64,000 nucleotides of DNA from Octopus vulgaris. Lineage: Eukaryota. The notes below the pieces were generated by a model. The model was not told where the DNA came from, searched no databases, and was given only the letters and a program-made list of their open reading frames with translations. Both the position numbers and the translations under genes were made by a program. The DNA lies in contig OX597816.1 of the NCBI GenBank assembly GCA_951406725.2, positions 93,806,001 to 93,870,000 of the forward strand. Direction: 5' to 3'. Of this stretch, positions 13,219-25,884 are shown one piece after another (positions within the stretch are counted from its first letter, which is position 1; the number at the start of each line of letters is the position of its first letter).

Positions 13219-13576
13219 CTGAAGTTGTCTGTGTATGGCAGGCTTGGTAGCTTTCAACTAACACTGTCTCCTCCGAGACCCTGCGGCGCAAGTTGACCAA
13301 AATTGAGAGTATGACAGAAGGCCTGCTCTTCCTTCCGTAGAAGAAAAAATTCAAATCAGATAATGTTAACACCAAAAATTATTTACATCAAAAAGGTGCT
13401 TTTTTTCTATGAAAATCCCTATTTTTTACGCTTTTTTTACTGTTGTGTCGCCATTTTTCGATGTATTTCAACCAGAAAAATGTTCACAAGTTACATAATG
13501 CAAAATTTTTCCTTTTCAAAAATTCCAATTCTAAAGGGTCGAAACAAACCCGAGCAACGCCGGGCGATACTGCTAG
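13215..13576 (+). mobile_element. Non-autonomous Helitron
   Basis: Begins in (TA)n-aaagctgaag. 3' GC hairpin cccgagcaacgccggg followed by CTAG|t at 13573-13576. Confidence 0.8.
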
Positions 13577-13919
13577 TATATATATATAAAACGTGTGTAC
13601 TGTGTTTATGTTCTTTATTTTTTTATGTAAATTTCAAACTTTCAAACCCAATTGAACGTAACTTTATCTGAAAGGGTTTGTCTCCCCTATGATAGTTGAC
13701 CACTAAGGGAAAACCGTATTTATGTTAGGTTTCGTGGAAATCCTGTTCTGCATCGCACTGGGACATCTACCGCACTGCGATAATTTTGCAGGATGTGAAT
13801 ATATCGCACATCTTTACGAGTTATATACATATATGTGTGTGTTTGTATGTATGTAAGGGTTCATGTATGTATGATTGTATGCATTTACATACTCTTTGTT
13901 ATATCTGTGTGTGTAAACG

Positions 13920-14160
13920 GGGTAAAGACTCCCTTCGGTCATGAATGACCATGGGATTGCACCTAGAAAGTTACCCTCCTAGACACAAGTCCGGGCGAGG
14001 TTGTTTATGGAAGACCAGCAGTCGCCCATGCATACCAGCCTCCCCTCTCCACACCACCAGTGTTATCCAAGGGAAAGACAAAGGTCGATACAGCTTGGCA
14101 CCAGTGACGTCGCAACTCATTTCTACAGCTGAGTGAACTGGAGCAACGTGAAATAAAGTG
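13920..14160 (-). mobile_element. 5'-truncated copy of the same CORE-type SINE, inverted
   Basis: Near-identical reverse complement of about 12922-13163. Confidence 0.92.
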
Positions 14161-14198
14161 TGTATACACAAAATGTGTGTATACACAAAATGTGTGTG

Positions 14199-14256
<58 letters not shown>

Positions 14257-14340
14257 CATACAAACACATACATACACACACCCAAGCACTCACACACACA
14301 TATATATATTAATAAATGAATGAGAGAAAACAGGAGTTAC

Positions 14341-14440
14341 GTAATCACTTTCATTAACAGCACTGTTTCTGTTACATGGAACCGATCTCCCATAATTGAG
14401 TGCGAATGAATCCTAGCTTCCTCAGAGCTATTTCGATTAC
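14341..14440 (-). ncRNA. Degenerate type I hammerhead-like motif
   Basis: Minus strand: CUGAGGA ... GAAACAG-UG-CUGU-U, with distal gtaatc/gattac pairing. Core-proximal stems I and II are imperfect. Confidence 0.4.
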
Positions 14441-14464
14441 TTTCTTCTTAATGAGGTAAACATG

Positions 14465-14501
<37 letters not shown>

Positions 14502-14506
<5 letters not shown>

Positions 14507-14899
14507 CAAAATGGGACAAGAACCCAAAACACCCGGGCAACTAGGTGATACAAAAAAGGACAACAAAACATCCAGATAGACGATACAAAAAAATAGAGGA
14601 CGGGTCATTCGAAGCCTTTTATCCTCAGTCAAGAACCGGATCATCCTCGCAATTTCGGCTGATTAGTCTTGAGATTGCTCTAATCTGGCCAGCCCCAAGG
14701 AAAAACTAAGCTAAGAGCATTAGATTCCTTGGGAAAAAGCATCGAATGTATACGAAAACAAGGACGGAAAAACAGACGATGTTACACGAATATATATACA
14801 AAAATACAATAAAAATAATAATTATAATAATAATAACAGGACATAACAACAGGCGTCTTTTGACTAGGGACGAATTGAATTCAGCTGGTGTGTGTGGAA

Positions 14900-14900
<1 letters not shown>
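14502..14900 (-). mobile_element. (TA)n-embedded non-autonomous element, family A (copy 1)
   Basis: Homologous to 45830-46215, 44886-45015 and 24505-24670. Non-coding and T-rich on the minus strand. Confidence 0.85.
14613..14707 (-). ncRNA. Candidate permuted hammerhead ribozyme with kink-turn (family A)
   Basis: GGCUGG-CCAGAUU-A-GA-GCAAU-C-UCAAGA-cuaau-CAGCC-GAA-AUUGC-GAG-GA-U-GAUCCGG-u-UCUUGA-CUGAGGA. Confidence 0.6.
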
Positions 14901-14993
<93 letters not shown>

Positions 14994-15344
14994 ATGTATG
15001 TATATTGGCACATATAGACACGCAAATAAAGTAATAGAATTAGGTAGATATATTAGATTACTGAGATGTAAGTACAGAAGAGACACGCGCACAGACAGAG
15101 ATATACACACACGGATATTTATACACACACGCGCGTGAATGAGGCCTTATCTTTAATGCATTTTTAGTTTCTGTTTTGGCAGAAAAATTTGCAGCATCCG
15201 CATCACTAGGCGTAGTATTCTTTCCTATTCACTACATTTCGGATTTGGACCTAATATTTAAAGTGCGCTCTACTTACGTTAACTATAACCGTTCCCGTTT
15301 TCTATTGTATGCTCCAAGCGAGATTAGCATTCATCTATCCGTTT

Positions 15345-15570
15345 TCGGCAAGGTAGACAGCTGGTAGAATCGTTAGCACGCCGGACAAAATGCTTTGCGG
15401 TATTTTTCCGGCTTTGTGTTCTGAGTTCGAATGTGGCAGGCGTCGAACTTGCCTATCTTCCTTTTGGAATCGATAAAATAAATTTACCAGTCAATAACTG
15501 TAGTCGATGTAATCGACGTGCCTTCTTCCTCAAAAATTATTGGCCTTGTGTCAAAATTAGAAAGAATTTA
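15345..15570 (+). mobile_element. tRNA-derived SINE (Meta-like domain family), diverged
   Basis: agctggtagaatcgttagcacgccggacaaaatgc...ttctgagttcgaa...gcctatcttccttttggaatcgataaaataa. Confidence 0.8.
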
Positions 15571-16727
15571 CCAGTTTTCTGTGAACTAGAGTTGTAAAAG
15601 GGGCCAAAATCGATCAAAAGCTTTCAATGCAGTATGGACACAATGTTTCGTCACTTCGGATTGTCTAAAAGAGAAGCAATTGGTGCAAGCCGTAGTTCAT
15701 TTCTGAGACGGAAACATTTTATTCTCTTGGAGAATACAAAAAATTATGTAAATTTGGATCAGTTTGTTGAAAATCCAGAAGACTTTAAAAAATGTTGTTG
15801 TCATTTCTTTTAAAATATTTTTTGCCACAAAAATATTTAAAAAAAGCAATTAGATTACACGAAGCTGAGGAGTGACTATGGTCGATATACTGAGAGCGAC
15901 GGTTTAACAATTTAATGGACTATGCAATTTCAAACTTTCTTCCATAGTGACGAGAGAAAGAGAGAGGGAGAGAGAGAAAGCGAAAAAAAGAGAAAAAGAG
16001 AGACAGACAGACAAATTGGCAGAGATCATGCTTTGTGACGTGCGCACAGTTAATTTTTACGCCAATGAAAAAGTTGATAATGTATTACGGGTATTGCTTA
16101 AATATGCATATATATACACACATATACATTTGTAACGAACTGAAAGAATAAGTACTCAGCATAAGTCGGCGAATAGTTTAATATAATATTTTTTATTACC
16201 CATCCCTACCATTGCCTTGTATTTTTGGGTGTTTTTTTTAATTGTACGATGATCCACATTTATTCACTCAGTTTTAAGGACGAATGACATTCCGCCACTG
16301 ATTTGTGCACGCGCACTGAGTGTGAGTGTGCATTCTTGTGCTTGTGTGTCTGTGAGTGTGTGTATGTGTATGTGTATGTAATTTAGGAATAGTGAACCGC
16401 GAAGCAAATATAGCTGTAAAGAATAGCGTGTAAATAAACCCTTTTGGTTAGAAAATGTAGAAGGCTGCCCGTGGGACCCGGTGCCACATCACACACACGT
16501 TCAAGAATTTGGACCTGGAGATCTCCATTTTCAGCGACTTCGAGGGTCACCCCCCAGTGGTGTTGGGCGTCAACGAAGAGCCCTCGACTACAAGACGACC
16601 AAATTTTTTTTTTCCAAGGTCTGGGGTGCCCACCCTAAGCCCTAGACCATCACATAATCACACTTGCCCGTCTTGTTGCTTAACAACAACAACAAAATCA
16701 CACACACGCAGACACATACACACACAG

Positions 16728-16770
<43 letters not shown>

Positions 16771-19700
16771 CACCCACCCACCCACACACATATATACATT
16801 TATACACACACATGTTGTAAATGTAATCAGCATTACAATATATGTACACAGCTCATGTTATACTTCTTTGATGCACAAGTCATTCAGTACCAGATAAGAG
16901 ATATCATTCTCATGCTTTCATACATACGAGCGGAAATTTCTACGTAACTCCAGTTTCTGTATATTTTATAATAACAGATCAAATAAAATTTAAAATAAGC
17001 TAATTTATTAAATAATAATTTATTATTCTACTCATTTGATCAGAAGCGTATACCTGGACAGGAATTGCCAGGAGCGTTGTGATCTGCTTTTAAGAGCGGA
17101 GTGCAACTAAACTCTAGTCACTGGACATCCGTTATTCTGACAGATAATCAAATAAATACATAAATGCGCACATATGTGCGTGAGTGCCTGAGTGTGAGTG
17201 TGTGTGTGTCTGTGTGTGTATGTATGCGTGTTTGTGCATGTATAGGCGCACACACACGCGCGCGCACACGCGCACACACATACACACGCATACACATAGG
17301 TCAGAAGATATAAGAGGCGAATATATAGTTAACCAAGTGACTTCCATAGGATTATGTATGTATATACACACACACACACATGTATGACTGTCTGCTTGTC
17401 TTGTATATATGTGTATGTATGTATGTATGTATGTATGTATGTATGTATGTATGTATGTATGTATGTATGTATCTGTATATCTCTGTATTCATGTGCATAC
17501 ACACACACACACAAACACACACACATAAAAAGTTTTTTTAACCGAAATCCTGTTTAAATTCAATAATGGCTTAGATTCAAAAATTAATCGAATCCTACAA
17601 TTTCAACCTAAAAACCAACAAAATAGATTAATATATAAATAAAAAAATTATTCCTAAAAAAAAAGTTATGCAAAAGATTGATAATGAAGTAACGTTAATA
17701 CAGATAAGTTTAATTGAAGTTGTATAATAATGCGAGGGAGTTAAATAATCTTTTGAGTTCTCTTTTCCAAAATTCTGTTAAAACATTCACATCCAAAAGA
17801 TCAGGTTTTCAAATGTGAAAATAGCATTAATTCTCAACACTGACATATCGGAGACTCCCATTCAAAAAGTATTTAAATCATCGAAATCTCTTAAGGAGAC
17901 AAGATGTCTAAAAATCAGCGACTTTATAATTTTGAGCACATCCACAATTACACAGTGCATACATGTACACGCTTATCTTTATAATATGTGAGTGTGTTTG
18001 TCCATTGAAATATATAAGGACATAAGAAGCTCGAAAGTTTTTGTATTTCTGTTTGTGTATATCTGAACGCCATACATGTTTATATATGTGTATTTGTGTT
18101 TAATTGTGTGCTTGTGAGTATGAGTATTTGTGTTTAGTTGTGTGTTTGTGTATTTGTATGTGTATCAATGTATATTGTATTTGCATTAACTTATACTCTG
18201 GCACACTTCTCCATTTCTCTTTTCTACATTATTACCTTTACTTTATATTTAAGAAAGCACCTGCCTTCGGTCTTCAGATCTCAGTGCAGACTTACTGACA
18301 ACTAGCGGCATCAATAGCTGTTCTGTGAACAACTAAGCCCTACTAACTAGTCAGCTTATCCTTGGTAAATATTTTCCATTAAGGTTAATCTCCCCACTTG
18401 ATCTCTTTTACAGAGCACCACATAGCTGACTTTCATTGTAACCGGTAATAAATTGAATCAAGACGCCAGTAACGACTTTTTAAGACCAGTGTAAAGCTCT
18501 CAATAATAGGAACAACAATAACAGCAACAACATCAGCAGCAGATACAAGAGCAGAGCAAAAGCAGCAGATGAGCAGCCAGGCTTGTTGAGAATGCTAACA
18601 TTTAAGTCTGGCTCAGGTTGGACGGCGGCTGTGTTGAACGAAATGAAAATGAGATGGACTAAGATAAAGACAAATGAATAAAAAGGTAAATAGATTGATA
18701 ACTAACTAAACAATAAAATACAATAATTTATCATTTCCTTTTCTTTGTTATGGTGCTTCTGATACAGAAGTGTTTGCCGAAGATTTCGTTTTACTGATAT
18801 GCCACCAAATATTTTATGTAAAACCGTTTTGTCTATCAAAATCTACAATTGCACCGGCAAAAACAATCAAAATAATTGTGTTATTTAGATGTTTTTTCAC
18901 TAATTAAAAATTATTCCTGTCGTATGAAGGTATGCCTCATTAACCGCTTTTGAATGTTGTTGTCATTTATACAAATCTAGGATAACAATGTCGTCAAAAG
19001 ATAAGGACACGACACACTGATCAGTTCGCTGAGGATCTCCACGATTCTAGGGACCCAAGTTAATTTATATGCTCTAGGTATTACGCAGGGATCCCCAGTG
19101 ATTTACTTTGCTCGGGTACTTATAATGCTGTTAAAGGTATCCTAATAATAGATAAGCTTTTGGTAAGCCAGAACTGCAATCTATTTTCGATTGTTGAGTT
19201 ATGCTAATTTCATCTCACCTCATGACTATAAGAAATGTATGAATATATCTCTGCCCTTATAAACATGAGGTCCTGAATCTTGTCAAAAATAGATTACTGT
19301 AAGATACGGACAGTCTCGTGTATGTAATATAGCGAATAAAAAAATCCGTGGCGGATATCTCATTGAAATGTGTATGGCAATAACATTGCTTAAATATCAA
19401 CAAATATTGATTGATTGGTCTTCACTCTATTAAGCTTTAATGTATTCTGATATTCGTTAATTCCTTACTGAATACTGCTCCTTCAAACGGTAGATGCAAC
19501 CTTTAATGATTGAAGTACAGAAATATCTAAATCACAGTTATTTTTGCTACGGTTATTTTTGCTGAAATCAGATTACTAAAAGTCAAAAACCTCTTTATGA
19601 TTTACACCTACTCTTACTGAAATATGTACATCATTTAATTAACCAAGTATCGGTTGGATGTGATGACAACAGTGGTAGATTTTAGTCTCACTAGCTAAAT

Positions 19701-19844
19701 ATTCGCCAAGATGAACACAGTTGTGTTTATCCATCTGGGGTTGTTGATCGATTCCTTTTACTATTCTTTTATTCGCGACAAGTCATGTGTGCTAGAAATG
19801 ACAGAAATATTTCACCAAATCATATCATAATATATTTAAAAAGT

Positions 19845-20140
19845 GGAGACGTATGGCCTGGTGGTTGGAGCAGCGAACTCGCGGTCGAGGGATCGCGGGT
19901 TCGAATCTCAGACTGGGTGATGTGTGTGTTTATGAGCGAAATACCTAAGCTCCTCCGGCAGACGGTAATGGCGAACTTCTGCTGAATCTTTCGCAACAAC
20001 TTTCTCTCACTCGTTCTTCCTGCATCTAGCATCTCACCTGCGATGGACTGGCGTCCCGTCCAGGTGGGGAACCTATACACCAATGAAACCGGGAAAACCG
20101 GCCCTTATGAGGCAGGCATGACTCGAGAAGGAACAAAACA
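19845..20140 (+). mobile_element. tRNA-derived SINE with a V-like block
   Basis: A box tggcctggtgg, B box ggttcgaatc, cctgcgatggactggcgtcccgtccagg, and an (aac/aaaac) tail. Confidence 0.85.
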
Positions 20141-20376
20141 AAACAACAACATATTAAAAAACAAGCAATACGTAAGATAATGTATTCTTAGATACATAAG
20201 CCTACTGGTAAGTCAGTGTTTGAACACCTTTCATTGTAAGTATTCTCGATGACAACTGAGCGAGTACTAAACTACAACAACAAACGCAGCAAACTTGTTA
20301 TCCGATCCCAGTTTTAAAAGTAAGTTGATAAGCCAAAATTGGTTGTTGGGAGAAATAGGTGCGTGCATTTGTGTGT

Positions 20377-20424
<48 letters not shown>

Positions 20425-21215
20425 TAAACCGCCGAATAATGTTTGCTACTTAGCAAAAGTAGCTTATCCTCTCGCAGTTAAATTGTTGACAGATCTCAGT
20501 GTAAATGATGTTATCGATCTAGAAGCTCAAGAAAGCACAAAGTAGATGATTGTATTTAATTTGAGTGAGGAGAAACAGCAAACTTCATGTAATGTTAGGT
20601 AGCACGCTTATTGTTCTCAAAGTGTTGTATACAACTACATCAAAATCCTTATAGTCTATGGGTGTAGCAATTATAACTGAAGATCCTTTGACCAGCTATA
20701 ATTATTCAAATATACCAATTTGTTGTTCCATCCCTTCTATATCCCTTTACATAACCGGAAGCATTCTCAGAACTGCCATCTCGGAAATGGACACATTGTT
20801 GAAAACAGATCTGAATAAGTAGTGTATAACAGAATAATTATCTTATAAGTTTGCTAAACGCGAATTTAAAATTTGAGCCCCGAAGTTCAGTGATTCATTA
20901 CAATTTTATTCGGAATACATGAACACTAACTAATTCAAACATTCGGTTAGCGGTCTTAGTTAAGAGAGCGTCGATCAATTTAAATGATTTTTCTCAATGT
21001 CTACCATAATTGATAAACGCAAGGGGTAATTTTTTCGAAGATATCATTGAGACATAAGTAAAAGAAATATGAGTTCGATTCCCAATTGACGCTCGAGTTT
21101 GAGCCACTTATGATTGTTTTGTGTTTACAAACACGCGCGCACAAGCAAGCACGCACAGGCAAGCACGCACAGACAGACAGACAGATAGACAGACAGACAG
21201 ACAGACAGATAGATT

Positions 21216-21282
<67 letters not shown>

Positions 21283-22308
21283 TACCAAGCTTCTGTTTAA
21301 AAAGTGAAACACCTCTAAGCTAATACAAACATTCTCGTTGAAGTGCATTAATACGTACATATAAATTAGTTTTGCACATTTTGTGTAAAGTATAAATGCA
21401 ATATTCGATAATACATAAATATTAAATTTGTAAATAGATAAAAGAAATCAAGAATCTCTCACAATTAGTAACATATCGTTAGACATAAATATGGACAATT
21501 GAATTAATCTAGTACGTGACTGGTTTTATTTCAGACTCGGGGCGATGAGTTTATGTTCATCATGGCGCATTTTAAACAGAACATAGAGGGTCGGAGCTAA
21601 AAATATTTTTTTAAATACATTTAACGTGTTCCTGTTACACCTCTTCCTAATATGACAAATATTAGTAAGTACACATATTCCCAGGCATTCATGAGGGCAA
21701 AAGAGCGCGTGCATAAAAAACAATCATTCATTTTTCCTTTACAAATTTGATGAATTTTGAATAGAATTGAGATAGAAAATAACGAAGAAATATTGTATAA
21801 ATGGGGATAGAAAGAGAAAAAGATGTGGTCGTACGTTGAAAAGAAGTCTTTTCTTTTCTTATTGACCTGACACACCCTGTTAGGTAAAAAAAATATTACC
21901 TTTTGATACAAATGTTGATAGAAAGGAGCTGTTTAAAATGAAGAGTGCTACAGTATCATTAGGTGTGTATGAGACAGAACGACAGAATTTTACATCAAAT
22001 AAAGACTTGTATTCACTGTCTGTTGAAGAGGAAACAATAAAAGGTACTGTCGCTGTTTTAAACTCTACTACTACAACCTGAACAGGTCACTCTTGTTAAC
22101 TCAACTTACTCTTACACACTGGATATCTCAAGTTTTCTTAACTTACATCAACCAACATTGATTGACCTTACCGTCATGCGTGATGTATGAGATGTGACTA
22201 TGTATGCAATTATGTATGTACGTATGTATGTACGTACGTATATTTACATATGTGTATGTGGATATAAATTCAGTTTCGTTCAATTTTAGAGAATGTGTTA
22301 TGTATGTA

Positions 22309-22379
<71 letters not shown>

Positions 22380-22484
22380 TTTTTTTAAAACAAACAGAGA
22401 AAAAAGACAACAAAAAATACAACAACACGAGGACTTAGCACATACAAAGTTTTAATAAGACGCTCAGAGAAAGAATAGGGTGGT

Positions 22485-22521
22485 TGTTTTACGTTTCGGG
22501 AATAGCTCTTCCTCGGAAACA
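22485..22521 (-). ncRNA. Minimal (Penelope-type) hammerhead motif within a TA-flanked element (about 22385-22600)
   Basis: UGUUU-CCGAGGA-A-GAG-cuauu-CCC-GAA-ACGU-A-AAACA. 5-bp stem I, palindromic stem III, U4C variant. Confidence 0.6.
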
Positions 22522-22609
22522 GGAAACATAGGAAAGTCCAAAGGAAAAGGAAGAAAGAGGAAAACATCGCCAACAGTCCACGTATAGTTACATTTTTGAA
22601 AAATATATA

Positions 22610-22712
22610 GGTGCAGGCTTGGCTGTGTGGTAAGTAGCTTGCTTACCAACCACATAGTTCCGGATTCAGTCCCACTGCGTGGCACCTTGGGCAAGTGTCT
22701 TCTACTATAGCT
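22610..22712 (+). mobile_element. 5' part of an OR-like CORE SINE
   Basis: tggctgtgtggtaagtagcttgc...ttcagtcccactgcgtggcaccttgggcaagtgtcttctactatagc. Confidence 0.85.
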
Positions 22713-22769
22713 TCTTATAATGACGCATCTTATAACTGATCCATTCACTTTCCATAATTTTAAACTTGT

Positions 22770-23960
22770 AAGTAGAAAAATCGTGTAAATTCAAATCATA
22801 CGATGCTAAGTTCATTCGAGCGAAAGTGAATAAAATGCTCAAAGAAGACATTATCGAGCCATATAAGTGTCGTTAATGGTAACTCCAAGAAAGTAGATGA
22901 TTGGTTAACCTCTCAGAAGCTATTTACAAATTCATGTCCTTACACGTTTAACAGCTGCTCAACTTAGACAACTATTTAGTTGACACAGTCTATTCTTACA
23001 ATATATTTAACACTGTCGACTTAAGTAACTCGTTTCATTGTGTTATATTGCATCCTGATGATAAGCTATTTACTACTTTCGAGGTAGACGGCCAATATTT
23101 CAGTTTAAACATTTTAGTTTTTGTCTTAAAATGTGTGTCAGGCGTTTCCATCAAATTACAGGCAGTCTTATTCTTGAAAACAAATTTTAAGGCATGTACT
23201 CCTATTTAGATGATGTTACAATCAATATTTCTCCTCGATGTGTAATAATACCAAAGAGGCGCATAACCACAATGTCTCTAAATTCTTATACGTTATACAT
23301 AAATCTAATAAATATAATACTGAAATACGATAACTGAATTTCTAACTAAATCTGTCTGTATTCAAGGTTATCAAATTAACTAAAGCAAATTGAATCCTGA
23401 CCCCTCACGTTTAACTCCAGTTAAAGAAATGCTCGTGTCTGCTAATACGCAACTCTTATCTTGTATGCCGAATCTGTTCGCTAATTATTCCCAATGGGTT
23501 CCTCGCTTCTCTGAATGAATAAGACATCTAATTAATGCTCATTTTCCGCTCTCAGAAGAAGCTGTAACGGCAATCAATGACTTTTAAAAATGTCTATTAC
23601 GGAGTCTGCCAAAACTGAAGTAGACAAACATATGTCGTTTGCCATCGAAACGGACGCCTCTGAGGCCGCCATCGAGACTACTCTTAATCAAAATGGTAGA
23701 CCCTAGACTTGTATTTTTATTTTCTCGGTCACTAAATTGTGCCGAGGAGAATAGTTACGCAGTAGAAAAAAAGATTTATGCGATACATGAAGATATCAGA
23801 AAAGAAGTGCTACTTTCTCTGAGTCAAACGATTTACCCAAGTGTCTGATCCGAAATTTGTAGCTTAGTATATTTGCTATAAAGCATAAATTTAAGATTAA
23901 AATGAGAAAATATCACGTTATTAATAACTTCAGCCGTTTAAGTACGAAATGTTACATCGT
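22770..23960 (+). mobile_element. Decayed Ty3/Gypsy pol (RT + RNase H)
   Basis: KMLKEDIIEP, FNTVDLSNSFHCVILHPDDKLFTTFE, YSYLDDV, YSQWVPRFS, FAIETDASE, FSRSL..AEENSYAVEK. Many stops and frameshifts. Confidence 0.9.
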
Positions 23961-24377
23961 CATGAATTCAGTAATACTCTGTATATATTACCAGGTAATA
24001 TTTGTGGTAGTTTTCGGAGAGTAATCTCAACTTACGAAAGTTCACAAGACGGATGCATTTGGTTCAGGTACGAAATGTTCTGTATTCGGTGTAGGATATT
24101 AAACATGATATTTCTACAAGTCACATTTATCAAAAATTAGGCAGAATACTATACACCAAATCAACGTCATGTCGTCAGAGTTGTGCGTATCTTTCACCGA
24201 ATCGGCAGTTGTGTATAAGACCGTCACCTTTAACATCAAGTACTAAATTTTTGTTGGTTATTTTTGAAGAATATTCCCATTTTTTCCATTCGATATCTTT
24301 TGTGATAATTCCTTATTGACTACCATTTCTTCTTCACCCGTGTTATTACACACACACGTAGGTAAATATAAATACAC

Positions 24378-24449
<72 letters not shown>

Positions 24450-24504
24450 ACATATATACTTATGAGACCAAAGTGTACATACGCCACTATATTTTTACAT
24501 ATAA

Positions 24505-24670
24505 AAAAAATACAGAAATGGGACAAGAACGCAAAACATCCAGACAGTTAGGTGATAAAAAAGGGACAACAAAATATCCAGAAAGACGATACAAAGAAAA
24601 CATGGACGGGTCATTCAGATTTTTTTACCCTCAGTCGAGTTCCAGATTATCTTTGCAATTTCGGCTGGTT
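24505..24670 (-). mobile_element. Family A element, 5'-truncated variant subfamily (copy 4)
   Basis: Minus strand: ccagccgaaattgc-aaa-ga-t-aatctgg-a-actcga-ctgaggg ... ttgcgttcttgtcccat. Confidence 0.8.
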
Positions 24671-24679
24671 ATAACTACA

Positions 24680-25020
24680 CACTTGCGCCAATCTTTTTCA
24701 TCCACGCTGATAGTTGAGTGCTGATACTTTGAAATGCACCAATTACTATTGGTAACATGTCTACTCTCTTCATTGACCACAATCTTCATATTTCTCACTT
24801 CAAACCGTCATAGTTGTTTTTTTTTCTTCCTCTTTCACACTGATCCTGTTGTCACCGGGGTATGCTATGTCGATTATCAAACGTGTTCTTTCTTATTTAT
24901 TCACCACAACACTGTCTGGTTCCCAATGTCTAGTTGGATGATCACACTAAATCATTGCATCTCACAAGATTTTGCGTTTTTCATTTTCGGTGACTCCTTC
25001 TGGAGTTTTCTCATAACACG
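24680..25020 (-). mobile_element. Dong/R4-type non-LTR restriction-like endonuclease fragment
   Basis: EKTPEGVTENEKRKIL, EPDSVVVNK, LIIDIAYPGDNRI, PIVIGA. Confidence 0.75.
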
Positions 25021-25389
25021 CCATTATTATTGTTCTTGTTCTTGTTCTTGTTCTTGTTCTTGTTTAGGCTGCCTTCCAGGCCAAATATTAATAATAACGT
25101 CACTATAGCGTGTTCGAGTAATGAATTAATGGCTGGATAAAGATCGTCTCCTGAAATAAAAAAAAATTGGTTTGTTGTATCATGAGTGAGAGATGTTATA
25201 AAGCAGTGCTTTTTTTATTTGTGGAATGCATTTAGAGCGATCAAGAAGAAAGAAACCATACCTCCATCTAGCACAAAACGAAATTCCCTTTCATATGACC
25301 CCAAAATAATGGTTAAAAGCCCTGGTTGATGATTGGAACAATGTGGCTTCTATCGTCTAGAGCAGGACATGTCTAAGTGTATATTTTGC

Positions 25390-25838
25390 TATTACTTTAC
25401 TGCCCACAAGGGGCTACACACAAAGGGGACAAACAAAGACAGACAAACGGATTAACTCGATTACATCGACCCAGTGCGTAACTGGTACTTATTTAATCGA
25501 CCCCGAAAGGATGAAAGGCAAAGTCGACCTAGGCGGAATTTGAACTCAGAACGTAGCGGCAGACGAAATACCGCTAAGCATTTCGCCCGGTGTGCTAACG
25601 TTTCTTATTTCTTTATTGCCCACAAGGAGCTAAACATAGAGGGGACAAACAAGGACAGACAAACGGATTAAGTCGATTACGTCGACCCCAGTGCGTAATT
25701 GGTACTTAATTTATCGACCCCGAAAGGATGAAAGGCAAAGTCGACCGCGGCGGAATTTGAACTCAGAAAGTAACGGCAGACGAAATACAACTAAGCATTT
25801 CGTCCGGTGCTCTAATGTTTCTGCCAGCTCGCCGCCTT
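25390..25838 (-). mobile_element. Head-to-tail dimer of the Meta-like-domain SINE
   Basis: Two ~220 bp near-identical units joined at about 25605. Head ggcggcgagctggcag at 25836. Confidence 0.92.
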
Positions 25839-25884
25839 CAGAAATGTATTTTGTCTTCAAGACCAAGCATAGAATGAAACAATA

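Noticed and set aside
14600-14680. HDV-like ribozyme reading of family A (tcctcgc, cgaatg)
   Set aside because: The two motifs are on opposite strands, and the P1/P2/P3 pairings of the HDV fold could not be built.
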